A stretch of DNA of 64,000 bases, from positions 22,072,001-22,136,000 of the forward strand of contig OZ024752.1 of assembly GCA_964016885.1 (NCBI GenBank), read 5' to 3'. The notes beneath the pieces were generated by a model. It was not told where the DNA came from and made no database searches. It saw only the letters and a program-made list of their open reading frames with translations. Shown piece after piece: positions 35,801 through 50,800 of this stretch. Numbering within the stretch: the stretch's first letter is position 1; each line of letters starts with the position of its first letter. The stretch comes from Eledone cirrhosa (Eukaryota). The translations under genes and the position numbers were made by a program.

Positions 35801-38800
35801 GGACAGAAGGTAGAGGGTGGTGGTGAACTACCAAAAACAGTGGACAGAAGGTAGAGGGTGGTGGTGAAGTACCAAAAACAGTGGACAGAAGGTAGAGGGT
35901 GGTGGTGAAGTACCAAAAACTGGACAGAAGGTAGAGGGTGGTGGTGAACTACCAAAAACAGTGGACAGAAGGTAGAGGGTGGTGGTGAACTACCAAAAAC
36001 ACTGGACAGAAGGTAGAGGGTGGTGGTGAACTACCAAAAACAGTGGACAGAAGGTAGAGGGTGGTGGTGAACTACCAAAAACAGTGGACAGAAGGTAGAG
36101 GGTGGTGGTGAACTACCAAAAACAGTGGACAGAAGGTAGAGGGTGGTGGTGAACTAGCAAAAACAGTGGACAGAAGGTAGAGGGTGGTGGTGAACTACCA
36201 AAAACAGTGGACAGAAGGTAGAGGGTGGTGGTGAAGTACCAAAAACTGGACAGAAGGTAGAGGGTGGTGGTGAACTACCAAAAACAGTGGACAGAAGGTA
36301 GAGGGTGGTGGTGAACTACCAAAAACAGTGGACAGAAGACAGGGTGGTGGTGAACTACCAAAAACAGTGGACAGAAGGTAGAGGGTGGTGGTGAACTACC
36401 AAAAACTGGACAGAAGGCAGAGGGTGGTGGTGAAGTACCAAAAACAGTGGACAGAAGGTAGAGGGTGGTGGTGAACTACCAAAAACTGGACAGAAGGCAG
36501 AGTGTGGTGGTGAAGTACCAAAAACAGTGGACAGAAGGTAGAGGGTGGTGGTGAACTACCAAAACCAGTGGACAGAAGGCAGAGTGTGGTGGTGAACTAC
36601 CAAAAACAGTGGACAGAAGGCAGAGGGTGGTGGTGAACTACCAAAAACAGTGGACAGAAGACAGAGGGTGGTGGTGAACTACCAAAAACAGTGGACAGAA
36701 GACAGAGGGTGGTGGTGAACTACCAAAAACAGTGGACAGAAGGTACAGTGTGGTGGTGAACTACCAAAAACAGTGGACAGAAGGTAGAGGGTGGTGGTGA
36801 ACTACCAAAAACAGTGGACAGAAGGTAGAGGGTGGTGGTGAACTACCAAAAACAGTGGACAGAAGGTAGAGTGTGGTGGTGATCTACCAAAAACAGTGGA
36901 CAGAAGGTAGAGTGTGGTGGTGAACTACCAAAAACAGTGGACAGAAGGTAGAGTGTGGTGGTGAACTACCAAAAACAGTGGACAGAAGGTAGAGGGTGGT
37001 GGTGAACTACCAAAAACTGGACAGAAGGCAGAGTGTGGTGGTGAAGTACCAAAAACAGTGGACAGAAGGTAGAGTGTGGTGGTGAACTACCAAAAACAGT
37101 GGACAGAAGGTAGAGGGTGGTGGTGAACTACCAAAAACTGGACAGAAGGCAGAGTGTGGTGGTGAAGTACCAAAAACAGTGGACAGAAGGTAGAGGGTGG
37201 TGGTGAACTACCAAAAAAAGTGGACAGAAGACAGAGGGTGGTGGTGAAGTACCAAAAACAGTGGACAGAAGGTAGAGGGTGGTGGTGAAGTACCAAAAAC
37301 AGTGGACAGAAGGTAGAGGGTGGTGGTGAACTACCAAAAAAAGTGGACAGAAGACAGAGGGTGGTGGTGAAGTACCAAAAACAGTGGACAGAAGGTAGAG
37401 GGTGGTGGTGAAGTACCAAAAACAGTGGACAGAAGGTAGAGGGTGGTGGTGAACTACCAAAAAAAGTGGACAGAAGACAGAGGGTGGTGGTGAAGTACCA
37501 AAAACAGTGGACAGAAGGTAGAGGGTGGTGGTGAACTACCAAAAACAGTGGACAGAAGGTAGAGGGTGGTGGTGAACTACCAAAAACAGTGGACAGAAGG
37601 TAGAGGGTGGTGGTGAACTACCAAAAACAGTGGACAGAAGGTAGAGGGTGGTGGTGAACTACCAAAAACTGGACAGAAGGTAGAGGGTGGTGGTGAACTA
37701 CCAAAAACAGTGGACAGAAGGCAGAGTGTGGTGGTGAAGTACCAAAAACAGTGGACAGAAGGTAGAGGGTGGTGGTGAACTACCAAAAAAAGTGGACAGA
37801 AGACAGAGGGTGGTGGTGAAGTACCAAAAACAGTGGACAGAAGGTAGAGGGTGGTGGTGAACTACCAAAAACTGGACAGAAGGCAGAGTGTGGTGGTGAA
37901 GTACCAAAAACAGTGGACAGAAGGTAGAGGGTGGTGGTGAACTACCAAAAAAAGTGGACAGAAGACAGAGGGTGGTGGTGAAGTACCAAAAACAGTGGAC
38001 AGAAGGTAGAGGGTGGTGGTGAACTACCAAAAACTGGACAGAAGGCAGAGTGTGGTGGTGAAGTACCAAAAACAGTGGACAGAAGGTAGAGGGTGGTGGT
38101 GAACTACCAAAAAAAGTGGACAGAAGACAGAGGGTGGTGGTGAAGTACCAAAAACAGTGGACAGAAGGTAGAGGGTGGTGGTGAACTACCAAAAACTGGA
38201 CAGAAGGCAGAGTGTGGTGGTGAAGTACCAAAAACAGTGGACAGAAGGTAGAGGGTGGTGGTGAACTACCAAAAAAAGTGGACAGAAGACAGAGGGTGGT
38301 GGTGAAGTACCAAAAACTGGACAGAAGGTAGAGGGTGGTGGTGAACTACCAAAAACAGTGGACAGAAGGTAGAGGGTGGTGGTGAACTACCAAAAACTGG
38401 ACAGAAGGTAGAGGGTGGTGGTGAACTACCAAAAACAGTGGACAGAAGGCAGAGTGTGGTGGTGAAGTACCAAAAACAGTGGACAGAAGGTAGAGGGTGG
38501 TGGTGAACTACCAAAAAAAGTGGACAGAAGACAGAGGGTGGTGGTGAACTACCAAAAACAGTGGACAGAAGGCAGAGGGTGGTGGTGAACTACCAAAAAC
38601 AGTGGACAGAAGGCAGAGGGTGGTGGTGAACTACCAAAAACAGTGGACAGAAGGCAATGGGTGGTGGTGAACTACCAAAAACAGTGGACAGAAGGTAGAG
38701 GGTGGTGGTGAACTACCAAAAACAGTGGACAGAAGGTAGAGGGTGGTGGTGAACTACCAAAAACAGTGGACAGAAGGTAGAGGGTGGTGGTGAACTACCA

Positions 38801-41800
38801 AAAACAGTGGACAGAAGGCAGAGTGTGGTGGTGAAGTACCAAAAACAGTGGACAGAAGGTAGAGGGTGGTGGTGAACTACCAAAAACAGTGGACAGAAGG
38901 TAGAGGGTGGTGGTGAACTACCAAAAACAGTGGACAGAAGGCAGAGGGTGGTGGTGAACTACCAAAAACAGTGGACAGAAGACAGAGGGTGGTGGTGAAC
39001 TACCAAAAACAGTGGACAGAAGGTAGAGTGTGGTGGTGATCTACCAAAAACAGTGGACAGAAGGCAGAGGGTGGTGGTGAACTACCAAAAACAGTGGACA
39101 GAAGACAGAGAGTGGTGGTGAACTACCAAAAACAGTGGACAGAAGGTAGAGTGTGGTGGTGAACTACCAAAAACAGTGGACAGAAGGCAGAGGGTGGTGG
39201 TGAACTACCAAAAACAGTGGACAGAAGGCAATGGGTGGTGGTGAACTACCAAAAACAGTGGACAGAAGGTACAGTGTGGTGGTGAACTACCAAAAACAGT
39301 GGACAGAAGGTAGAGTGTGGTGGTGATCTACCAAAAACAGTGGACAGAAGGCAGAGGGTGGTGGTGAACTACCAAAAACAGTGGACAGAAGGTAGAGTGT
39401 GGTGGTGAACTACCAAAAACAGTGGACAGAAGGCAGAGGGTGGTGGTGAACTACCAAAAACAGTGGACAGAAGGCAATGGGTGGTGGTGAACTACCAAAA
39501 ACAGTGAACAGAAGGTACAGTGTGGTGGTGAACTACCAAAAACAGTGGACAGAAGGTAGAGTGTGGTGGTGATCTACCAAAAACAGTGGACAGAAGGCAG
39601 AGGGTGGTGGTGAACTACCAAAAACAGTGGACAGAAGACAGAGAGTGGTGGTGAACTACCAAAAACAGTGGACAGAAGGTAGAGTGTGGTGGTGAACTAC
39701 CAAAAACAGTGGACAGAAGGCAGAGGGTGGTGGTGAACTACCAAAAACAGTGGACAGAAGGCAATGGGTGGTGGTGAACTACCAAAAACAGTGGACAGAA
39801 GGTACAGTGTGGTGGTGAACTACCAAAAACAGTGGACAGAAGGTAGAGTGTAGTGGTGATCTACCAAAAACAGTGGACAGAAGGTAGAGTGTGGTGGTGA
39901 ACTACCAAAAACAGTGGACAGAAGGTAGAGGGTGGTGGTGAACTACCAAAAACACTGGACAGAAGGTAGAGGGTGGTGGTGAACTACCAAAAACAGTGGA
40001 CAGAAGGTAGAGTGTGGTGGTGAACTACCAAAAACAGTGGACAGAAGGTAGAGTGTGGTGGTGAACTACCAAAAACAGTGAACAGAAGGTAGAGTGTGGT
40101 GGTGAACTACCAAAAACAGTGGACAGAAGGTAGAGTGTGGTGGTGAACTACCAAAAACAGTGGACAGAAGGTAGAGGGTGGTGGTGAACTACCAAAAACA
40201 GTGGACAGAAGGCAGAGGGTGGTGGTGAACTACCAAAAACAGTGGACAGAAGGCAGAGGGTGGTGATGAACTACCAAAAACACTGGACAGAAGGTAGAGA
40301 GTGGTGGTGAACTACCAAAAACAGTGAACAGAAGGTAGAGTGTGGTGGTGAACTACCAAAAACAGTGGACAGAAGGTAGAGGGTGGTGGTGAACTACCAA
40401 AAACAGTGAACAGAAGGTAGAGTGTGGTGGTGAAGTACCAAAAACAGTGGACAGAAGGTAGAAGGTGGTGGTGAACTACCAAAAACAGTGGACAGAAGGC
40501 AGAGGGTGGTGGTGAACTACCAAAAACAGTGGACAGAAGGTAGAGTGTGGTGGTGAACTACCAAAAACAGTGGACAGAAGGTAGAGTGTGGTGGTGAACT
40601 ACCAAAAACAGTGAACAGAAGGTAGAGTGTGGTGGTGAACTACCAAAAACAGTGGACAGAAGGTAGAGGGTGGTGGTGAACTACCAAAAACAGTGGACAG
40701 AAGGCAGAGGGTGGTGGTGAACTACCAAAAACAGTGGACAGAAGGCAGAGGGTGGTGATGAACTACCAAAAACACTGGACAGAAGGTAGAGAGTGGTGGT
40801 GAACTACCAAAAACAGTGGACAGAAGGTAGAGTGTGGTGGTAAACTACCAAAAACTGGACAGAAGGTAGAGGGTGGTGGTGAACTACCAAAAACAGTGTA
40901 CAGAAGGCAGAGGGTGGTGGTGAACTACCAAAAACAGTGGACAGAAGGCAGAGGGTGGTGGTCAACTACCAAAAACAGTGGACAGAAGACAGAGGGTGGT
41001 GGTGAACTACCAAAAACAGTGGACAGAAGGCAGAGGGTGTTGGTGAACTACCAAAAACAGTGGACAGAAAGTAGAGGGTGGTGGTGAACTACCAAAAACA
41101 GTGTACAGAAGGCAGAGGGTGGTGGTGAACTACCAAAAACAGTGTACAGAAGGCAGAGGGTGGTGGTGAACTACCAAAAACTGTGGACAGAAGGCAGAGG
41201 GTGGTGGTGAACTACCAAAAACTGTGGACAGAAGGTAAAGTGTGGTGGTGAACTACCAAAAACAGTGGACAGAAGGCAGAGGGTGATGGTGAACTACCAA
41301 AAACAGTGGACAGAAGGCAGAGTGTGGTGGTGAAGTACCAATAACAGTGGACAGAAGACAGAGGGTGGTGGTGAACTACCAAAACCAGTGGACAGAAGGT
41401 AGAGGGTGGTGGTGAACTACCAAAAACTGGACAGAAGGTAGAGGGTGGTGGTGAACTACCAAAAACAGTGGACAGAAGGTAGAGGGTGGTGGTGAAGTAC
41501 CAAAAACAGTGGACAGAAGGTAGAGGGTGGTGGTGAACTACCAAAAACAGTGGACAGAAGGTAGAGGGTGGTGGTGAAGTACCAAAAACAGTGGACAGAA
41601 GGTAGAGGGTGGTGGTGAAGTACCAAAAACTGGACAGAAGGTAGAGGGTGGTGGTGAACTACCAAAAACAGTGGACAGAAGGTAGAGGGTGGTGGTGAAC
41701 TACCAAAAACACTGGACAGAAGGTAGAGGGTGGTGGTGAACTACCAAAAACAGTGGACAGAAGGTAGAGGGTGGTGGTGAACTACCAAAAACAGTGGACA

Positions 41801-44800
41801 GAAGGTAGAGGGTGGTGGTGAACTACCAAAAACAGTGGACAGAAGGTAGAGGGTGGTGGTGAACTAGCAAAAACAGTGGACAGAAGGTAGAGGGTGGTGG
41901 TGAACTACCAAAAACAGTGGACAGAAGGTAGAGGGTGGTGGTGAAGTACCAAAAACTGGACAGAAGGTAGAGGGTGGTGGTGAACTACCAAAAACAGTGG
42001 ACAGAAGGTAGAGGGTGGTGGTAAACTACCAAAAACAGTGGACAGAAGACAGAGGGTGGTGGTGAACTACCAAAAACAGTGGACAGAAGGTAGAGGGTGG
42101 TGGTGAACTACCAAAAACTGGACAGAAGGCAGAGGGTGGTGGTGAAGTACCAAAAACAGTGGACAGAAGGTAGAGGGTGGTGGTGAACTACCAAAAACTG
42201 GACAGAAGGCAGAGTGTGGTGGTGAAGTACCAAAAACAGTGGACAGAAGGTAGAGGGTGGTGGTGAACTACCAAAACCAGTGGACAGAAGGCAGAGTGTG
42301 GTGGTGAACTACCAAAAACAGTGGACAGAAGGCAGAGGGTGGTGGTGAACTACCAAAAACAGTGGACAGAAGACAGAGGGTGGTGGTGAACTACCAAAAA
42401 CAGTGGACAGAAGACAGAGGGTGGTGGTGAACTACCAAAAACAGTGGACAGAAGGTACAGTGTGGTGGTGAACTACCAAAAACAGTGGACAGAAGGTAGA
42501 GGGTGGTGGTGAACTACCAAAAACAGTGGACAGAAGGTAGAGGGTGGTGTTGAACTACCAAAAACAGTGGACAGAAGGTAGAGTGTGGTGGTGATCTACC
42601 AAAAACAGTGGACAGAAGGTAGAGTGTGGTGGTGAACTACCAAAAACTGGACAGAAGGCAGAGTGTGGTGGTGAAGTACCAAAAACAGTGGACAGAAGGT
42701 AGAGTGTGGTGGTGAACTACCAAAAACAGTGGACAGAAGGTAGAGGGTGGTGGTGAACTACCAAAAACTGGACAGAAGGCAGAGTGTGGTGGTGAACTAC
42801 CAAAAACAGTGGACAGAAGGTAGAGGGTGGTGGTGAACTACCAAAAACAGTGGACAGAAGGTACAGTGTGGTGGTGAACTACCAAAAACAGTGGACAGAA
42901 GGTACAGTGTGGTGGTGAACTACCAAAAACAGTGGACAGAAGGTAGAGGGTGGTGGTGAAGTACCAAAAACAGTGGACAGAAGGTAGAGGGTGGTGGTGA
43001 ACTACCAAAAACAGTGGACAGAAGGTAGAGTGTGGTGGTGAACTACCAAAAACAGTGGACAGAAGGTAGAGGGTGGTGGTGAACTACCAAAACCAGTGGA
43101 CAGAAGGCAGAGTGTGGTGGTGAACTACCAAAAACAGTGGACAGAAGGCAGAGGGTGGTGGTGAACTACCAAAAACAGTGGACAGAAGACAGAGGGTGGT
43201 GGTGAACTACCAAAAACAGTGGACAGAAGACAGAGGGTGGTGGTGAACTACCAAAAACAGTGGACAGAAGGTACAGTGTGGTGGTGAACTACCAAAAACA
43301 GTGGACAGAAGGTAGAGGGTGGTGGTGAACTACCAAAAACAGTGGACAGAAGGTAGAGGGTGGTGTTGAACTACCAAAAACAGTGGACAGAAGGTAGAGT
43401 GTGGTGGTGATCTACCAAAAACAGTGGACAGAAGGTAGAGTGTGGTGGTGAACTACCAAAAACTGGACAGAAGGCAGAGTGTGGTGGTGAAATACCAAAA
43501 ACAGTGGACAGAAGGTAGAGGGTGGTGGTGAACTACCAAAAACAGTGGACAGAAGGTAGAGGGTGGTGGTGAACTACCAAAAACTGGACAGAAGGTAGAG
43601 TGTGGTGGTGAACTACCAAAAACAGTGGACAGAAGGTAGAGGGTGGTGGTGAACTACCAAAAACTGGACAGAAGGTAGAGTGTGGTGGTGAACTACCAAA
43701 AACAGTGGACAGAAGGTAGAGGGTGGTGGTGAACTACCAAAAACTGGACAGAAGGTAGAGGGTGGTGGTGAACTACCAAAAACTGGACAGAAGGTAGAGG
43801 GTGGTGGTGAACTACCAAAAACAGTGGACAGAAGGCAGAGGGTGGTGGTGAACTACCAAAAACAGTGGACAGAAGGTAGAGGGTGGTGGTGAACTACCAA
43901 AAACAGTGGACAGAAGGTAGAGGGTGGTGGTGAACTACCAAAAACTGGACAGAAGGTAGAGGGTGGTGGTGAACTACCAAAAACAGTGGACAGAAGACAG
44001 AGGGTGGTGGTGAACTACCAAAAACAGTGGACAGAAGGTAGAGGGTGGTGGTGAACTACCAAAAACTGGACAGAAGGTAGAGGGTGGTGGTGAACTACCA
44101 AAAACTGGACAGAAGGTAGAGGGTGGTGGTGAACTACCAAAAACAGTGGACAGAAGACAGAGTGTGGTGGTGAAGTACCAAAAACAGTGGACAGAAGGTA
44201 GAGGGTGGTGGTGAACTACCAAAAACAGTGGACAGAAGGTAGAGGGTGGTGGTGAACTACCAAAAACTGGACAGAAGGCAGAGTGTGGTGGTGAACTACC
44301 AAAAACAGTGGACAGAAGGCAGAGTGTGGTGGTGAAGTACCAAAAACAGTGGACAGAAGGTAGAGGGTGGTGGTGAACTACCAAAAACAGTGGACAGAAG
44401 GTAGAGGGTGGTGGTGAACTACCAAAAACTGGACAGAAGGCAGAGTGTGGTGGTGAAGTACCAAAAACAGTGGACAGAAGGTAGAGTGTGGTGGTGAACT
44501 ACCAAAAACAGTGGACAGAAGGTAGAGGGTGGTGGTGAACTACCAAAAACTGGACAGAAGGCAGAGTGTGGTGGTGAACTACCAAAAACAGTGGACAGAA
44601 GGTAGAGGGTGGTGGTGAACTACCAAAAACAGTGGACAGAAGGTAGAGGGTGGTGGTGAACTACCAAAAACTGGACAGAAGGCAGAGTGTGGTGGTGAAG
44701 TACCAAAAACAGTGGACAGAAGGTAGAGGGTGGTGGTGAACTACCAAAAAAAGTGGACAGAAGACAGAGGGTGGTGGTGAACTACCAAAAACAGTGGACA

Positions 44801-47800
44801 GAAGGTAGAGTGTGGTGGTGAACTACCAAAAACAGTGGACAGAAGGTAGAGGGTGGTGGTGAACTACCAAAAACAGTGGACAGAAGGCAGAGTGTGGTGG
44901 TGAAGTACCAAAAACAGTGGACAGAAGGTAGAGGGTGGTGGTGAACTACCAAAAAAAGTGGACAGAAGACAGAGGGTGGTGGTGAACTACCAAAAACAGT
45001 GGACAGAAGGTAGAGTGTGGTGGTGAACTACCAAAAACAGTGGACAGAAGGTAGAGGGTGGTGGTGAACTACCAAAAACAGTGGACAGAAGGCAGAGTGT
45101 GGTGGTGAAGTACCAAAAACAGTGGACAGAAGGTAGAGGGTGGTGGTGAACTACCAAAAACTGGACAGAAGGCAAGTGTGGTGGTGAACTACCAAAAAAA
45201 GTGGACAGAAGACAGAGGGTGGTGGTGAACTACCAAAAACAGTGGACAGAAGGCAGAGGGTGGTGGTGAACTACCAAAAACTGGACAGAAGGCAGAGTGT
45301 GGTGGTGAACTACCAAAAAAAGTGGACAGAAGACAGAGGGTGGTGGTGAACTACCAAAAAAAGTGGACAGAAGACAGAGGGTGGTGGTGAACTACCAAAA
45401 ACAGTGGACAGAAGGCAGAGTGTGGTGGTGAAGTACCAAAAACAGTGGACAGAAGGTAGAGGGTGGTGGTGAACTACCAAAAACTGGACAGAAGGCAGAG
45501 TGTGGTGGTGAACTACCAAAAAAAGTGGACAGAAGACAGAGGGTGGTGGTGAACTACCAAAAAAAGTGGACAGAAGACAGAGGGTGGTGGTGAACTACCA
45601 AAAACAGTGGACAGAAGGCAGAGTGTGGTGGTGAAGTACCAAAAACAGTGGACAGAAGGCAGAGTGTGGTGGTGAAGTACCAAAAACAGTGGACAGAAGG
45701 TAGAGGGTGGTGGTGAACTACCAAAAACAGTGGACAGAAGGTAGAGGGTGGTGGTGAACTACCAAAAAAAGTGGACAGAAGACAGAGGGTGGTGGTGAAC
45801 TACCAAAAACAGTGGACAGAAGGCAGAGGGTGGTGGTGAACTACCAAAAACAGTGGACAGAAGACAGAGGGTGGTGGTGAACTACCAAAAACAGTGGACA
45901 GAAGGCAGAGTGTGGTGGTGAAGTACCAAAAACAGTGGACAGAAGGTAGAGGGTGGTGGTGAACTACCAAAAACTGGACAGAAGGCAGAGTGTGGTGGTG
46001 AACTACCAAAAACTGGACAGAAGGCAGAGTGTGGTGGTGAAGTACCAAAAACAGTGGACAGAAGGCAGAGGGTGGTGGTGAACTACCAAAAACAGTGGAC
46101 AGAAGGTAGAGGGTGGTGGTGAACTACCAAAAACAGTGGACAGAAGGCAGAGGGTGGTGGTGAACTACCAAAAACAGTGGACAGAAGGTAGAGGGTGGTG
46201 GTGAACTACCAAAAACAGTGGACAGAAGGTAGAGGGTGGTGGTGAACTACCAAAAACTGGACAGAAGGTAGAGGGTGGTGGTGAACTACCAAAAACAGTG
46301 GACAGAAGGTAGAGGGTGGTGGTGAACTACCAAAAACAGTGGACAGAAGGCAGAGTGTGGTGGTGAAGTACCAAAAACAGTGGACAGAAGGTAGAGGGTG
46401 GTGGTGAACTACCAAAAACAGTGGACAGAAGGTAGAGGGTGGTGGTGAACTACCAAAAACAGTGGACAGAAGGCAGAGGGTGGTGGTGAACTACCAAAAA
46501 CAGTGGACAGAAGACAGAGGGTGGTGGTGAACTACCAAAAACAGTGGACAGAAGGTAGAGGGTGGTGGTGAACTACCAAAAACAGTGGACAGAAGGCAGA
46601 GTGTGGTGGTGAAGTACCAAAAACAGTGGACAGAAGGTAGAGGGTGGTGGTGAACTACCAAAAACAGTGGACAGAAGGTAGAGGGTGGTGGTGAACTACC
46701 AAAAACAGTGGACAGAAGGCAGAGGGTGGTGGTGAACTACCAAAAACAGTGGACAGAAGACAGAGGGTGGTGGTGAACTACCAAAAACAGTGGACAGAAG
46801 GTAGAGTGTGGTGGTGATCTACCAAAAACAGTGGACAGAAGGCAGAGGGTGGTGGTGAACTACCAAAAACAGTGGACAGAAGACAGAGAGTGGTGGTGAA
46901 CTACCAAAAACAGTGGACAGAAGGTAGAGTGTGGTGGTGAACTACCAAAAACAGTGGACAGAAGGCAGAGGGTGGTGGTGAACTACCAAAAACAGTGGAC
47001 AGAAGGCAATGGGTGGTGGTGAACTACCAAAAACAGTGGACAGAAGGTACAGTGTGGTGGTGAACTACCAAAAACAGTGGACAGAAGGTAGAGTGTAGTG
47101 GTGATCTACCAAAAACAGTGGACAGAAGGTAGAGTGTGGTGGTGAACTACCAAAAACAGTGGACAGAAGGTAGAGAGTGGTGGTGAACTACCAAAAACAG
47201 TGGACAGAAGGTAGAGGGTGGTGGTGAACTACCAAAAACAGTGGACAGAAGGTAGAGTGTGGTGGTGAACTACCAAAAACAGTGGACAGAAGGTAGAGTG
47301 TGGTGGTGATCTACCAAAAACAGTGGACAGAAGGTAGAGGGTGGTGGTGAACTACCAAAAACAGTGGACAGAAGGTAGAGGGTGGTGGTGAACTACCAAA
47401 AACAGTGGACAGAAGGTAGAGTGTGGTGGTGAACTACCAAAAACAGTGGACAGAAGGTAGAGTGTGGTGGTGAACTACCAAAAACAGTGGACAGAAGGTA
47501 GAGGGTGGTGGTGAACTACCAAAAACAGTGGACAGAAGGCAGAGGGTGGTGGTGAACTACCAAAAACAGTGGACAGAAGGTAGAGGGTGGTGGTGAACTA
47601 CCAAAAACAGTGGACAGAAGGTAGTGGGTGGTGGTGAACTACCAAAAACAGTGGACAGAAGGCAGAGGGTGGTGGTGAACTACCAAAAACAGTGGACAGA
47701 AGGCAGAGGGTGGTGATGAACTACCAAAAACACTGGACAGAAGGTAGAGAGTGGTGGTGAACTACCAAAAACAGTGAACAGAAGGTAGAGTGTGGTGGTG

Positions 47801-50800
47801 AACTACCAAAAACAGTGGACAGAAGGTAGAGGGTGGTGGTGAACTACCAAAAACAGTGAACAGAAGGTAGAGTGTGGTGGTGAAGTACCAAAAACAGTGG
47901 ACAGAAGGTAGAAGGTGGTGGTGAACTACCAAAAACAGTGGACAGAAGGCAGAGGGTGGTGGTGAACTACCAAAAACAGTGGACAGAAGGTAGAGTGTGG
48001 TGGTGAACTACCAAAAACAGTGGACAGAAGGTAGAGTGTGGTGGTGAACTACCAAAAACAGTGAACAGAAGGTAGAGTGTGGTGGTGAACTACCAAAAAC
48101 AGTGGACAGAAGGTAGAGGGTGGTGGTGAACTACCAAAAACAGTGGACAGAAGGCAGAGGGTGGTGGTGAACTACCAAAAACAGTGGACAGAAGGCAGAG
48201 GGTGGTGATGAACTACCAAAAACACTGGACAGAAGGTAGAGAGTGGTGGTGAACTACCAAAAACAGTGGACAGAAGGTAGAGTGTGGTGGTAAACTACCA
48301 AAAACTGGACAGAAGGTAGAGGGTGGTGGTGAACTACCAAAAACAGTGTACAGAAGGCAGAGGGTGGTGGTGAACTACCAAAAACAGTGGACAGAAGGCA
48401 GAGGGTGGTGGTCAACTACCAAAAACAGTGGACAGAAGACAGAGGGTGGTGGTGAACTACCAAAAACAGTGGACAGAAGGCAGAGGGTGTTGGTGAACTA
48501 CCAAAAACAGTGGACAGAAAGTAGAGGGTGGTGGTGAACTACCAAAAACAGTGTACAGAAGGCAGAGGGTGGTGGTGAACTACCAAAAACAGTGTACAGA
48601 AGGCAGAGGGTGGTGGTGAACTACCAAAAACTGTGGACAGAAGGCAGAGGGTGGTGGTGAACTACCAAAAACTGTGGACAGAAGGTAAAGTGTGGTGGTA
48701 AACTACCAAAAACAGTGGACAGAAGGCAGAGGGTGATGGTGAACTACCAAAAACAGTGGACAGAAGGCAGAGTGTGGTGGTGAACTACCAAAACCAGTGG
48801 ACAGAAGGTAGAGGGTGGTGGTTAACTACCAAAAGCTGGACAGAAGGTAGAGGGTGGTGGTGAACTACCAAAAACAGTGTACAGAAGGCAGAGTGTGGTG
48901 GTGAAGTACCAAAAACAGTGGACAGAAGGTAGAGGGTGGTGGTGAACTACCAAAAACAGTGGACAGAAGGCAGAGGGTGGTGGTGAACTACCAAAAACAG
49001 TGGACAGAAGACAGAGGGTGGTGGTGAACTACCAAAAACAGTGAACAGAAGGTAGAGGGTGGTGGTGAACTACCAAAAACTGGACAGAAGGCAGAGGGTG
49101 ATGGTGAACTACCAAAAACAGTGGACAGAAGACAGAGGGTGGTGGTGAACTACCAAAAACAGTGGACAGAAGGCAGAGGGTGGTGGTGAACTACCAAAAA
49201 CAGTGGACAGAAGACAGAGGGTGGTGGTGAACTACCAAAAACAGTGAACAGAAGGTAGAGGGTGGTGGTGAACTAACAAAAACAGTGGACAGAAGGTAGA
49301 GTGTGGTGGTGAACTACCAAAAACACTGGACAGAAGGTAGAGGGTGGTGGTGAACTACCAAAAACAGTGGACAGAAGGCAGAGTGTGGTGGTGAAATACC
49401 AATAACAGTGGACAGAAGACAGAGGGTGGTGGTGAACTACCAAAAACAGTGGACAGAAGGTAGAGGGTGGTGGTGAACTACCAAAACCAGTGGACAGAAG
49501 GTAGAGGGTGGTGGTGAACTACCAAAAACTGGACAGAAGGTAGAGGGTGGTGGTGAACTACCAAAAACAGTGGACAGAAGGCAGAGTGTGGTGGTGAAGT
49601 ACCAAAAACAGTGGACAGAAGGTAGAGGGTGGTGGTGAACTACCAAAAACAGTGGACAGAAGACAGAGGGTGGTGGTGAAGTACCAAAAACAGTGGACAG
49701 AAGGTAGAGGGTGGTGGTGAAGTACCAAAAACTGGACAGAAGGTAGAGGGTGGTGGTGAACTACCAAAAACAGTGGACAGAAGGTAGAGGGTGGTGGTGA
49801 ACTACCAAAAACAGTGGACAGAAGGTAGAGGGTGGTGGTGAACTACCAAAAACAGTGGACAGAAGGTAGAGGGTGGTGGTGAACTACCAAAAACTGGACA
49901 GAAGGCAGAGTGTGGTGGTGAAGTACCAAAAACAGTGGACAGAAGGTAGAGGGTGGTGGTGAACTACCAAAAACAGTGGACAGAAGGCAGAGGGTGGTGG
50001 TGAACTACCAAAAACAGTGGACAGAAGACAGAGGGTGGTGGTGAACTACCAAAAACAGTGGACAGAAGACAGAGGGTGGTGGTGAACTACCAAAAACAGT
50101 GGACAGAAGGTACAGTGTGGTGGTGAACTACCAAAAACAGTGGACAGAAGGTAGAGTGTGGTGGTGATCTACCAAAAACAGTGGACAGAAGGCAGAGGGT
50201 GGTGGTGAACTACCAAAAACAGTGGACAGAAGGCAATGGGTGGTGGTGAACTACCAAAAACAGTGGACAGAAGGTACAGTGTGGTGGTGAACTAACAAAA
50301 ACAGTGGACAGAAGGTAGAGTGTGGTGGTGAACTACCAAAAACACTGGACAGAAGGTAGAGGGTGGTGGTGAACTACCAAAAACAGTGGACAGAAGGCAG
50401 AGTGTGGTGGTGAAGTACCAATAACAGTGGACAGAAGACAGAGGGTGGTGGTGAACTACCAAAAACAGTGGACAGAAGACAGAGGGTGGTGGTGAACTAA
50501 CAAAAACAGTGGACAGAAGACAGAGGGTGGTGGTGAACTACCAAAAACAGTGGACAGAAGACAGAGGGTGGTGGTGAACTACCAAAAACAGTGGACAGAA
50601 GGTACAGTGTGGTGGTGAACTACCAAAAACAGTGGACAGAAGGTAGAGTGTGGTGGTGAACTACCAAAAACAGTGGACAGAAGGCAGAGTGTGGTGGTGA
50701 AGTACCAAAAACAGTGGACAGAAGGTAGAGGGTGGTGGTGAACTACCAAAAACAGTGGACAGAAGGTAGAGGGTGGTGGTGAACTACCAAAAACAGTGGA

